In this document: positions 36,201 to 49,700 of the stretch, in pieces
Position numbering within the stretch: position 1 is the first letter of the stretch
Layout: the number at the start of each line of letters is the position of its first letter
NCBI RefSeq assembly: GCF_035084215.1
Contig: NC_090335.1
Location: 13,454,001-13,518,000, forward strand
Origin: Heptranchias perlo
Lineage: Eukaryota
Direction: 5' to 3'
DNA length: 64,000 nucleotides
The notes under the pieces: model-generated
Told to the model about the DNA's origin: nothing
The model's input: only the letters and a program-made list of their open reading frames with translations
The model's database searches: none
Made by a program: the position numbers and the translations under genes

Positions 36201-39200
36201 CCATATGACCAAAAGTGACAGGTTCTCACCCGATTTCCAGTGAACCGTTTGACCCATCAAGACATGTTCTCACCCGATTTCCAGTGGATCAATTGATTCA
36301 TTGTAACAGGTTCTCACCCAATTTCCAGTGTACCACTTGATCAAAATTGACAGAGTCTCATCTGATTTCCAGTCGACCATTTGATCAAATGTGACATGTT
36401 CCACCCAATTTTGACCCATCCTGACAAGTTGTCACCCTATTTGCAGTGACCCAGTTGATCCAACATGACAGGTTCCCATCCCTTTTCCAGTGGACTGTAT
36501 GACCGACCTATACAAATTCTCATCTGATTTCCAGTGGACTATTTGACCCATTGTGACAGATTCTCACTCAATTTCAAGTGGATCATTTGACCAAATGTGA
36601 CATGTTCTCATCCTATTTCCAGTAACCCGTTTGACCTATCGTGATAGATTCTCAATGGATTTCCAGTGGGCCCATTGGTCCATCATGACACGTTCTCACC
36701 TGATTTCCAGTGGACTGTTTCACCAGATGGGACATATGCTCACCCCATTTCCAGTGGACCATTTGACCCATCATGACATGTTTATCACCTGATTTCCAGT
36801 GGACCATTTGACCAAATGTGACATGTTCTCATCTGATTTCCAAAGGACCATTTGACCAGATGCGACCTGTTCGCCACAATTTCCAGTGGACCATTTGACC
36901 AAACGTGACAGGTTCTCATTGGATTTCCACGGGACCAATTGACCAAACGTGACGTGTTCTCACCCGATTCCCAGTGGACCATTGGATCCATCATGACAGA
37001 TTCTCACCCGATTTTCAGTGGAGCATTTGACCAGATGTGACCTGTTCTCCAAAATTTCAGTGGACCATTTGACCAAACGTGTCATGTGCTCACCCAATTT
37101 CCTGTGGACCATTGGACCAGGTGTGACCAGTTCTCCAAACTTTCCAGTGGATCATCTGACCAAAGGTGATAGGTTCTCATCCGGTTGCCAGTGGATCCAT
37201 TGACCAAATGAGACATGTTCTCACCTAATTTCCAGTGGACCATTTGACAAAACGTTACAGGTTCTCACCCGATTTCCAGTGAACCAGTTGACCAAATGTG
37301 ACAGATGCTCACCTGATTTCCAGTGGACCATTTGACCAAACATGACAGATTCTCACCCGATTTCCAGTGGAGTATTTGACCAGACGTGACCTGTTCTCCA
37401 AAATTTCAGTGGACCATTTGACCAAGCATGACCTGTTCGCCACAATTTACAGTGGACCATTTGATCAAACGTGACAGGTTCTCATCCGATTTCTACTGGA
37501 CCAATTGACCAAACGTGACATGTTCTCACCCGATTTCCAGTGGACCATTTGATCCATCGGAATAGGTTCTCATCTGATTTCCAGTCGACCATTTGACCAA
37601 ATGTGACATGTTCCACCCAAATTTGCCCCTTCCTGACAAGTAGCCATGCCATTTGCAGTGACCCAGTTGTCCCAACATGACAAGTTCCCACCCCTTTTCC
37701 AGTGGTCCGTTTGACCCACCGATACAAATTCTCATCTGATTTCCAGTGGACCATTTGACCTATCATGACAGATTCTCACCCGATTTCAAGTGGACCATTT
37801 AACCAAACGTGATGTGTTCTTAGGTTATTTATAGTTTGAGCTATCATGACAGATTCTCAATGAATTTCCAGTGGGCCTATTGGTCCATCGTGACATGTTC
37901 TCACCCAAATTCCAGTGGACCGTTTCACCAAATGGGACATGTTCTCACCCAATTTCTAGTGGACCATTAGACCCATCATGACATGTTATCACCCCAATTT
38001 CCAGTGGACCATTTGACCAAACATGACATGTTCTCACCCAATTTCCACTGCACCATTTGACCAGACGTGACCTGTTCACCACAATTTCCAGTGAACTGTA
38101 TGAACAAATGTGGCAGGTTCTCATCTGATTTCCAGTGGACTAATTGACCAAATGTGACGTCCTCACTCAATTTCCAGTGGACCATTTGACCAAACGTGAC
38201 CTGTTCTCCAAAATTTCCAGTGGACTAATTGACCAAATGTGACATGTTCTCACCACATTTCAGTGAACCATTTGAGCCATTGTGCATGTTCTCACCCAAT
38301 TTCTAGTGGATCATTTGACCGGACGTGACATCTTCGCCCTGATTTCCAGTGGACCACATGACCAAATGTGATATATTCTCCAGAATTTCCAGTGGACCAA
38401 TTGAGCAAATGTAACATGTTCTCACCCAATTTCCAGTGGACCATTTCAGCAAACGTGACAGGTTCTCACCCGATTTCCAGTGATCCATTTGTGCCATCGT
38501 GCTAGGTTCTCATCTAATCTCCAGTGGACCATTTGACCAGACATGACCGGTTCACTGCAATTTCCAGTTGATCATTGGATCCATCATGACAGGTTCCCAC
38601 CCAATTTCCAGTGGACCATTTGACCAAACCTGACAGATTCTCACCCTATTTCCAGTGGACCATTTGACCAAACGTTACATGTTCTCACCCAATTTCCAGT
38701 GGACCATTGGATCCATCATGAAAGGTTCTCTCCCAATTTCCAGTAGACCATTTGACCAAACATGACAGGTTCTAATACGATTTCCAGTGGACCAATTAAC
38801 CAAATGTGACATGTTCTCACTCATTTTCCAGTGAAACATTTGACCAAACATGACATGTTCTCTCCCAATTTCCCGTGGACAATTTGACCTATAGTGACAG
38901 GTTCTCACCCGATGTCCAGTGGACTATTTGACCAATAGTGACAGATTCTCACCCATTTCCAGTGGACCATTTGACCAGACATGACCTGTTCGCTGCAATT
39001 TCCAGTTGACCAATTGACCAAACATGACAGCTTCTCATCCGATTTCCAGTGCACCAATTGACGAAACATGACATGTTCTAACCGGGTTTCCAGTGGTCCA
39101 TTTGACCAAATGTGACAGATTCTCACCTGATTTCCATTGGACGAATTGACAAAACGTGACAGGTTCTCACCCAATTCCAGTGGATCATTTGACCAGATGT

Positions 39201-39593
39201 GAAAGGTTCTCACCCGATTTCCAGTGGACATTTTGACCAAAGGTGACATGTTCTCACCCGATTTCCAGCGATCATTTGATCAAATGTGACCGATTATCCA
39301 AAATTTCAGGTGGACCATTTGAACAAACGTGACAGGTACTTATCCATTCCCAGTGGACCATTTGAACAAATGTGACAGGTACTCATCCATTCCCAGTGGA
39401 CCATTTGAACAAATGTGACAGGTACTCATCCATTCCCAGTGGACCATTTGACCAATCGTGACATGTTCTCACCCGATTTCTAGTGGACCATTTGACCAAG
39501 CATGACAGATTCTCACACTATTTCCAGTGGACCATTTGACCAAACGTGACATGTTCTCACCCGATATCCAGTGGACAATTGGATCCATCATGA

Positions 39594-40733
39594 TCAAGAA
39601 GGTACGAGCCCATGAAATCCAGGGTGCCTTGGCACTTTCGATACAAAACTGGCTTAGTGGCAGAAGGCAGAGGGTGATGGTCGAAGGTTGTTTTTGTGAC
39701 TGGAAGCCTGTGCCCAGTGGGGTACCACAGGGATCGGTGCTGGGTCCCTTGCTGTTTGTGGTCTACATTAATGACTTGGATATGAATGTAAAAGGTATGA
39801 TCAGTAAGTTCGCTGATGATACAAAGATTGGTAGGGTGGTAAATAGCGAGGAGGATAGCCTCAGTCTGCAGGACGATATAGATGGGTTGGTCAGATGGGC
39901 GGAACAGTGGCAAATGGAATTTAACCTGGAAAAGTGCGAGGTGATGCACTTTGGAGGGACTAACAAGGCAAGGGAATACACAATGAATGGGAGGACCCTA
40001 GGCAAGACAGAGGGTCAGAGGGATCTTGGTGTGCAAGTTCACAGATCCCTGAAGGCGGCGGAACAGGTAGATAAGGTGGTAAAGAAGGCATATAGGATAC
40101 TTGCCTTTATTAGCCGAGGCATAGAATATAAGAGCAAGGAGGTTATGATGGAGCTGTATAAAACACTGGTTAGGCCACAGCTGGAGTACTGTGTGCAGTT
40201 CTGGTCGCCACACTACAGGAAGGATGTGATCGCTTTGGAGAGGGTGCAGAGGAGATTCACCAGGATGTTACCAGGGCTGGAGCGCTTCAGCTATGAAGAG
40301 AGACTGGGAAGATTGGGTTTGTTTTCCTTGGAGCAGAGGAGGCTGAGGGGGGACATGATTGAGGTGTACAAAATTATGAGGGGCACAGATAGGATGGATA
40401 CTAAGGAGCTTTTTCCCTTCGTTGAGGGTTCTATAACAAGGGGACATAGATTCAAGGTAAAAGGCGGGAGGTTTAGAGGGGATTTGAGAAAGAACTTTTT
40501 CACCCAGAGGGTGGTTGGAGTCTGGAACTCACTGTCTGAAAGGGTTGTGGAGGCAGGAACCCTCACAACATTCAAGAAGCATTTGGATGAGCACTTGAAA
40601 TGCCATAGCATACAAGGCTACGGACCAAATGCTGGAATATGGGATTAGAGTAGACAGGGCTGATGGCCGGCGCGGACACGATGGGCCGAAGGGCCTCTAT
40701 CCGTGCTGTATAACTCTATGACTCTATGACTCT
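39594..40733 (+). mobile_element. Young 5'-truncated CR1 inserted in the satellite, uninterrupted RT/C-terminal ORF
   Basis: ORF 39527..40648 has no stop across [16 protein letters not shown] to the ORF2 end; (actctatg)3 tail; flanked by ATGA direct repeat. Confidence 0.96.
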
Positions 40734-43700
40734 ATGAAAGGTTCTCTCCCAATTTCCAGTAGACCATATGACCAAATGTGACAGGTTCTCACCCTATTTC
40801 CAGTGGACCAATTGAACAAACGTGACAGCTTCTCACCGGATTTCCAGTGGACTATTTGACCAAACATGACAGATTCTGATCCGGTTTCCATTGGACCAAT
40901 TGACAAAACATGGCAGGTTTTCACACAATTCCAGTGGACCATTTGACCAGACGTGACAGATTCTCACCCGATTTCCGGTGGACCAATTGACCAAACGTGA
41001 CATGTTCTTATCCGATTTCCAATGGACCATTTGATCAAACATGACAGAGTCTAACCCGATTTCCAGTGGACCATTTGACCAATTGACCAAACGTGACAGG
41101 TTCTCATCTGATTTCCAGTGGACTAATTGACCAGATGTAATATGTTCTCACTCGGTTTCCAGTGGACGATTTGACCAAACATGATAGATTCTCACCTGAT
41201 TTCCAGTGAACCATTTGACTAGACATGACCCGTTCTCCAAAATTTCCAGTGGACCATTTTACCAAACATGACAGATTCTCATCTGATTTCCATTGGACGA
41301 ATTGACAAAACGTGACAGGTTCTCACCCAATTCCAGTGGATCATTTGACCAGATGTGAAAGGTTCTCACCCGATTTCCAGTGGACATTTTGACCAAAGGT
41401 GACATGTTCTCACTCGATTTCCAGCGATCATTTGATCAAATGTGACCGATTATCCAAAATTTCCGGTGGACCATTTGAACAAATGTGACAGGTACTCATC
41501 CATTCCCAGTGGACCATTTGACCAATCGTGACATGTTCTCACCCAATTTCCAGTGGATCATTTGCCCAAATGTGACATGTTCTCACCCGATTTCTAGTGG
41601 ACCATTTGACCAAGCATGACAGATTCTCACACTATTTCCAGTGGACCATTTGACCAAACGTGACATGTTCTCACCCGATATCCAGTGGACAATTGGATCC
41701 ATCATGAAAGGTTCTCTCCCAATTTCTAGTAGACCATATGACCAAATGTGACAGGTTCTCACCCTATTTCCAGTGAACCAATCAATCCATCATGACATGT
41801 TCTCACCCAATTTCCAATGGACCAATTGAACAAACGTGACAGCTTCTCACCGGATTTCTAGTGGACCATTTGACCAAACGTGACCTGTTCTCCAAAATTT
41901 CCAGTGGACCATTTGACCAAACGTGACAGATTCTGATCCGGTTTCCATTGGACCAATTAACAAAACATGGCAGGTTTTCACACAATTCCAGTGGACCATT
42001 TGACCAGACGTGACAGATTCTCACCCGATTTCCAGTGGACCATTTGACCAAATGTGACCGATTCTCCAACATTTCCAGTGGATCATTTGACCAAATGTGA
42101 CCGATTCTCCAACATTTCCAGTGGACCATTTGACCAAACGTGACATGTTCTCACCCGATATCCAGTGGACAATTGGATCCATCATGAAAGGTTCTCTCCC
42201 AATTTCTAGTAGACCATATGACCAAATGTGACAGGTTCTCACCCTATTTCCAGTGAACCAATCAATCCATCATGACATGTTCTCACCCAATTTCCAATGG
42301 ACCAATTGAACAAACGTGACAGCTTCTCACCGGATTTCTAGTGGACCATTTGACCAAACGTGACCTGTTCTCCAAAATTTCCAGTGGACCATTTGACCAA
42401 ACGTGACAGATTCTGATCCGGTTTCCATTGGACCAATTAACAAAACATGGCAGGTTTTCACACAATTCCAGTGGACCATTTGACCAGACGTGACAGATTC
42501 TCACCCGATTTCCAGTGGACCATTTGACCAAATGTGACCGATTCTCCAACATTTCCAGTGGATCATTTGACCAAATGTGACCGATTCTCCAACATTTCCA
42601 GTGGACCATTTGACCAAACATGACAGGTACTCATCAATTCCCAGTGGACCAATTGACCAAACGTGACATGTTCTTATCCGATTTCCAATGGACCATTTGA
42701 TCAAACATGACAGGTTCTCATCCGATTTCCAGTGGACTAATTGACCAGATGTAATATATTCTCACTTGGTTTCCAGTGGACGATTTGACCAAACATGATA
42801 GATTCTAACCTGATTTCCAGTGAACCACTTGACTAGACATGACCTGTTCTCCAAAATTTCCAGTGGACCATTTGACCAAACGTGGCAGAGTCTAACCTGA
42901 TTTCCAGTGGACAATTTAACCAATCATAACATGTTCTCATCCAATTTCCAGTGGACCATTTGACCAATTGACCAAATGTGACAGGTTCTCATCCGATTTC
43001 CAGTGGACTAATTGACCAGATGTAATATGTTCTCACTCGGTTTCCAGTGGACGACTTGACCAAACATGATAGATTCTAACCTGATTTTCAGTGAACCACT
43101 TGACTAGACATGACCTGTTATCCAAAATTTCCAAATGGACCATTTGACCAAACGTGACAGATTCTCACCCTATTTCCAGTGGACCATTTAACCAATCATA
43201 ACATGTTCTCATCCAATTTCCAATGGACCATTTGACCAATTGACCAAATGTGATAGATTCTCACTGTATTTCCAGTGGATCATATGACCAAAATGTGACA
43301 TGTTGTCACCCGATTTCCAGAGGACTATTGGATCCATCGTGAAAGGTTCTCTTCCAATTTCCAGTAGACCATTTGACCAAATGTGACATGTTCTCACCCA
43401 ATTTCCAGTGGGTCATTTGAACGTGACAGATTCTCACCGGATTTCCAGTGGACCATTTGACCAAACGTGACAGGGGTTCTAATCCGATTTCCAGTGGACA
43501 AGTTGACCAAATGTGACATGTTCTCACCTGATTTCCAGTGGACCATTTGACCAATCATGACATGTTCTCACCCGATTTCCAGTGGACCATTTGACCAAAC
43601 GTGACAGATTCTCACCCTATTTCTAGTGGACCATTTGACCAATCATGACATGTTCTCACCCGATTTCCAGTGGACCTATTGACCAAACGTGACAAGTTCT

Positions 43701-46700
43701 CACCCAATTTCCAGCGGACCATTGGATCCATCGTGAAAGGTTCTCTCCCAATTTCCAGTAGACCATTTGACTAAAATGACAGTTCTCACCCTATTTCCTG
43801 TGGACCATTTGACTAAACATGACAGGTTCTAATGCGATTTCCAGTAGACCAATTGACCAAATGTGACATGTTCTCACTCATTTTCAAGTGAAACATTTGA
43901 TCAAATGTGACAGATTCTCACCCGATTTACAGTGGTCCATTTGACTAAACGTGACAGATTCACATCCGATTTCCAGTGGATCATTTGACCAGACATCAGC
44001 TGTTTGCTGCAATTTCCAGTTGACCATTTGACCAAATGTGAGAGGTTCTCATGTGATTTCCAGTGGACCATTTGACAAAAGTGTCATGTTCCACCTAATT
44101 TCCAGTTGACGATTGGATCCATCATGACAGATGCTCACCCAATTTCCAGTGCACCATTTGACCAAACATGACAGGTCGACTCCCGATTCCCAGTGGACCA
44201 TTTGACCAAACGTGATATGTTCTTACCCGATTTCCAGTGGACCATTTGACCAATAGTGACAGATTCTGACCCGGTTTCCGGTGGACTCTTTGATCAATAG
44301 TGACATGTTCTCACTTGATTTCCAGTGGACCATTTGACCAAATGTGACTTGTTCTCCAAAATTTCCAGTGGGCCGTTTGATCAAACATGACAGGTTCTCA
44401 ACAAATTTCCAGTGGACTATTTGACCAAACATGACAGATTCTCACCCAATTTCCAATGGATCTTTTGACCAAATGTGACATGTTCTCACCCAATTTCCAG
44501 TGGACCATTTGACTGGACGTGACATGTTCCCCAAAATTTCACGTGCACCATTTGACCAAATGTGCCAGATGCTCTCCCGATTTCCAGTGGAGCATTTGAC
44601 CAAACATGACAGGTTCACACCCGATTTCCAGTCGATCATTTGACCAAACATGCCCAGTTCTCCAAAATTTCCAGTGGACCATTTGTCCAAACATGACAGG
44701 TTCTCACCCAATTTCCAGTGGCTCATTTGACCAAATGTGACATGTTCTCACCCAATTTCCAGTGGACCATTTGACCAGACATGACCTATTCGCTGCAATT
44801 TCCAGTTGAGTAATTGACCAAATGTGACACGTTCTCACCCGATTTCCAGTGGACCATTTGACCAAAGGTAACCAGTTCTCCAAAATTTCCAGTGGACCGT
44901 TTGACCAAACGTTACACTTTCTCACCCAATTTCCATTGGACCATTTGACCGGACGTGCCCAGTTCCCCAAAATTGCACGGGGACCATTTCTCCAAATGTG
45001 ACAGATTCTCCCCCGATTTCCAGTCAACCATTTGACGAAATGTGACACGTTCTCACCAAATTTCCAGTGGACCATTTGACTGGGCGTGACATGTTCCCCA
45101 AAATGTCACATGGAACATTTGACCAAATGTGACATGCTCTCTCCCGATTTCCAGTGGACCATATGACCGGACATAACATGTTCTCACCCGATTTCCTGTG
45201 GACCATTTGACCAAATGTGACAGGTTCACACCTGATTTTCAGTGGACCGTTTGACCGGATGTGACATGTTCCCCAAAATTTCACATGGACCATTTGACCA
45301 AATGTGACGGATGCTCACCCGATTTCCAGTGGACCATTTAACCAATCATAACATGTTCTCACCCAATTTCCAGTGGATCATTTGACCAAATGTGACATGT
45401 TCTCATCCAATTTCCAGTGAACCATTTGACCAGACGTGACAAGTTCTCACCTGATTTCCAGTGGAACATTTGACCAATAGTGACAGGTTCTCACCCAATT
45501 TCCAGTGGACCATTTGACCAGACATGACCTTTTCGCTGCAATTTCCAGTTGACTAATTGACCAAACATGACATGTTCTTACCCGATTTTCAGTGGATCAT
45601 TAGACCAAATGTGGTATGTTCTCACCCGATATCCAGTGGACCATTTGACCAAATATGACCTGTTCTCCAAAATTTCCGTGGACTTTTTGACCAAACGTGA
45701 CAGATTCTCACCTGATTTCCAGCGGACCATTTGACGAAATGTGACAGATTCTCACCCGAATTCCAGTGAACCATTTGACTAAATGCAACACGTTTTCACC
45801 CAATTTCCATTGGACCATTTGACCGGACGTGCCCAGTTCTCCAAAATTGCACGTGGACCATTTGTCCAAATATGACAGATTCTCACCCGATTTCCAGTGG
45901 ATCATTTGACCAAACGTGACATGTTCTCACCCAATTTCCAATTGACCGCTAGATCCATCATGACAGGTTCTCATCCATTTTCCAATGGAGCATTCGACCA
46001 AAAGTGACAGATTCTCACCTGATTTTGAGTGGACCATTTGACCAAACGTGATAGGCTCTCATCTGATTTTCAGTGGGCAATTTGACCAAAAGTGACAGGT
46101 TCTCACCCGATTTCACGTGGACCATTTGATCAAACTCGACGTTCTCACCAGATTTCCACTGGTCCATTTGACCAGATATGACCTGTTCGCTGCAATTTCC
46201 AGTCGACGTTTTGACCAAACGTGAGAGATTCTTAACCGATTTCCAATGGACCATTTGACTAGGCATGATCTGTTCTCCAAAATTTCCAATAGACCTTTTG
46301 GCCAAATGTGCCATGTTCTCACCAGATTTCCAGTGGACCATTGGATCCATCGTGAAAGGTTCTCTCCCAATTTCCAGTGGACCATTTGACTAGACGTGAC
46401 AGGTTCTCATCCAATTATCATTGGACCAAATGACAAAACGTAACAAGTTCTCACTCAATTCTAGTGGACCATTTGACCAAACATGACAGATTCTCACCCG
46501 ATTTCCAGTGGACAATTTGACCATACGTGACATGTTCTCACCCGATTTCCAGTTGACCACTGGTCCACCATGACAGGTTCCCACCCATTTTCCAGTGGAG
46601 CATTCGACCAAAAATGACAGATTCTCACCTGGTTTCCAGTGGACCATTTGACCAAACAAGACAGGTTCTCATCTGATTTCCAGTGGACCATTCGTTCTAT

Positions 46701-49700
46701 TGTGAAAGGTTCTCTCCCAATTTCCAGTAGACTATTTGACCAAACGTGACAGGTTCTCACCCTATTTCCAGTGAACCATTTGATCCACCATGACATGTTC
46801 TCACCCAATTTCCAGTGCATCATTTTTACAAACGTGACAGTTTCTCACTGGATTTCCAGTGGACCATTTGATCAAATGAGACAGGTTCTAATCAAATTTA
46901 CGGTGGACCAATTGACCAAACGTGGTATGTTCTCACTCGATTTCCAGTGACCCATTTGACCAAATGTGACAGATTCTCAACTGATTTCCAGCAAACCTTT
47001 TGACCCATCGTGACATGCTCCCACCCGATTTCCAGTGGACCACTTGACCAAATGTGACATGTTCTCAGCTGATTTCCAGTGGACCATTTGATCAAACGTG
47101 ACATGTTCTCACCCTGTTTCCAATAGACCACTTGATCCAACGTGAAATATTCTCACCCGATTTCCAGTGGACTATTGGATCCATTGTGAAAGGTACTCTC
47201 CCAATTTTCAGTAGACCATTTCACCAAACGTGACATGTTCTCACCCAATTTCCAGTGGACCATTTGAACAAACGTGACAGATTCTCACCGGATTTCCTGT
47301 GAACCATATGACCAGATGTAACATGTTCTCACCTGATTTACACTGGATCATTTGACCAAACATGACAGATTCACTCCCGATTTCCTGTGGACAATTTGAC
47401 CAAATGTGACAGGTTCATGCCCGATTTGCAATGGACTATTTGGCAGGATGTGACCTGTTCACCAAAATTTCACGTGGACCATTTGACCAAATGTGACAGA
47501 TGCTCACCCGATTTCCAGTGGACCATTTGATCAAACATAACATGGTATTCACCAAATTTCCAGTGGACCATTTGACCAAAAGTGACAGGTTCACACCTGA
47601 TTTCCAGTGGATCATTTGAACAAACTTGACAGATTCCCACTGGATTTCCAGTGGACCATTTGACCAAATGTGACAGGTTCTAACCCAATTTCCAGTGGAC
47701 CAATTGTCCAAACATGACATGTTCTCACTTGATTTCCAGTGGACCATTTGACCAAATGTGACTTGTACTCCAAAATTTCCAGTGGACCATTTGACCGAAC
47801 ATGACAGATTCTCACCCAATTTCCAATGGGGCTTTTGACCAAATATGACCTGTTCTCCAAAATTTCCAGTGGACTGTTTGACCAAACGTGACAGATTCTC
47901 ACCTGATTTCCAGTGAACCATTTGACAAAATGTGACAGATTCTCACCCGAATTCCAGTGGACCATTTGACTAAACGTGACACGTTCTCACCCAATTTCCA
48001 TTGGACTATTTGACCGGACGTACCCAGTTCTCCAAAATTGCACGTGGACCATTTCTCCAAATGTGACAGATTCTCCCCCGATTTCCAGTCGCCCATTTGA
48101 CCAAATGTGACACGTTCTCACCAAATTTCCAGTGGACCATTTGACCGGATGTGATATGCTCTCACCCGATTTCCAGTGGACCATATGACCGGACGTAACA
48201 TGTTCTCACCTGATTTCCAGTGGATCATTTGACCAAATGTGACATGGTCTCACCCGATTTCCAGTGGACCATTTGACCAGACATGTCCTGTTTGCTGCAA
48301 TTTCCAGTTGACTGATTGATCAAATGTGACAGGTTCTCATCCGATTTCCGGTGGACCAAGTGACGATTACCAAAGTAACGATTACCGAAGGACTATTTGA
48401 CCAAACGTGACATGTTCTCACTTGATTTCCAGCGGACCATTTGATCAAATGTGAACGATTCTACAAAATTTCCAGTGGACCATTTGACTAAACATGACAG
48501 GTTCTCACCAGATTTCCAGTGAACCTTTTGACTCATCATGACATGCTCTCACCCAATTTCCAGTGGACCATTTGACCAAATGTGGCAGATTCTCATCCGA
48601 TTTCCAGTGGACCATTTGACCAAATGTAACAGGTTCACACCCAATTTCCAGTGGACCATATGACCAGATGTAACATGTTCTCACCTGATTTCCACTGGAC
48701 CATTTGACCAAACATGACAGATTCACTCCCGATTTCCAGTGGACCATTTGACCAAACATGACGTGTTATCACCCAATTACCAGTGGATCATTTGACCAAA
48801 TGTAACATGTTCTCACCTGATTTCCAGTGGGACATTTGACCAATAGTGACAGGTTCTCACGCAATTTCCAGTGGACCATTTGACCAGACATGACCTGTTT
48901 GCTGCAATTTCCAGTTGACTATTTGACCAAACATGACAGGTTCTCATCCGATTTCCAGTGGACCATTTGATCAAACGTGAACGATTCTCCAAAATTTCCA
49001 GTCAACCATTTGACCAAACTGACAGCTACTCATCCATTCCCACTGGACCAATTGACCAAACATGAAATGTGTTCATTTGATTTCCAGAGGACCATTTGAC
49101 CAAACATGACAGAGTCTAACCCAATTTCCAGTAGACCATTTGACAGGTGACATTTGACCAAACGTGACAGGTCCCAAACCAATTTCTGCTGGACCATTTG
49201 ACCAAACATGACATGTCTCGCCCGATTTTCAGTGGACCATATGACCAGAAGTAATATGTTCTCACCCGATTTCCAGTGGACCATTTGACCAAACATGACA
49301 GATTCTCATCCAATTTCCATTGGACCAGTTGACAAAATGTGACAGGTTCTCACCAAATTCCAGTGGACAATTTGACCAAACATGACAGGTACTCATTCAT
49401 TCCCAGCCGACCAATTGTCCAAATGTGACATGTTCTCATCCGATTTCCAGTGGACCATTTGACCAAACGTGACAGGTTCTCACCTGATTTCTAGTGAACC
49501 TTTTGACCCATCGAGACATGCTCTCACCCAATTTCCAGTGGACCATTTGACCAAACGTGACAGGTTCTCACCTGATTTCCAGTGAGCCTTTTGACCCATC
49601 GTGACGTGCTCTCACCTGATTTCCAGTGGACCATTTGACTAGACATAACCTGTTCACTACAATTTCCAGTTGATCATTTGACCAAACGTGACAGGTTCTT

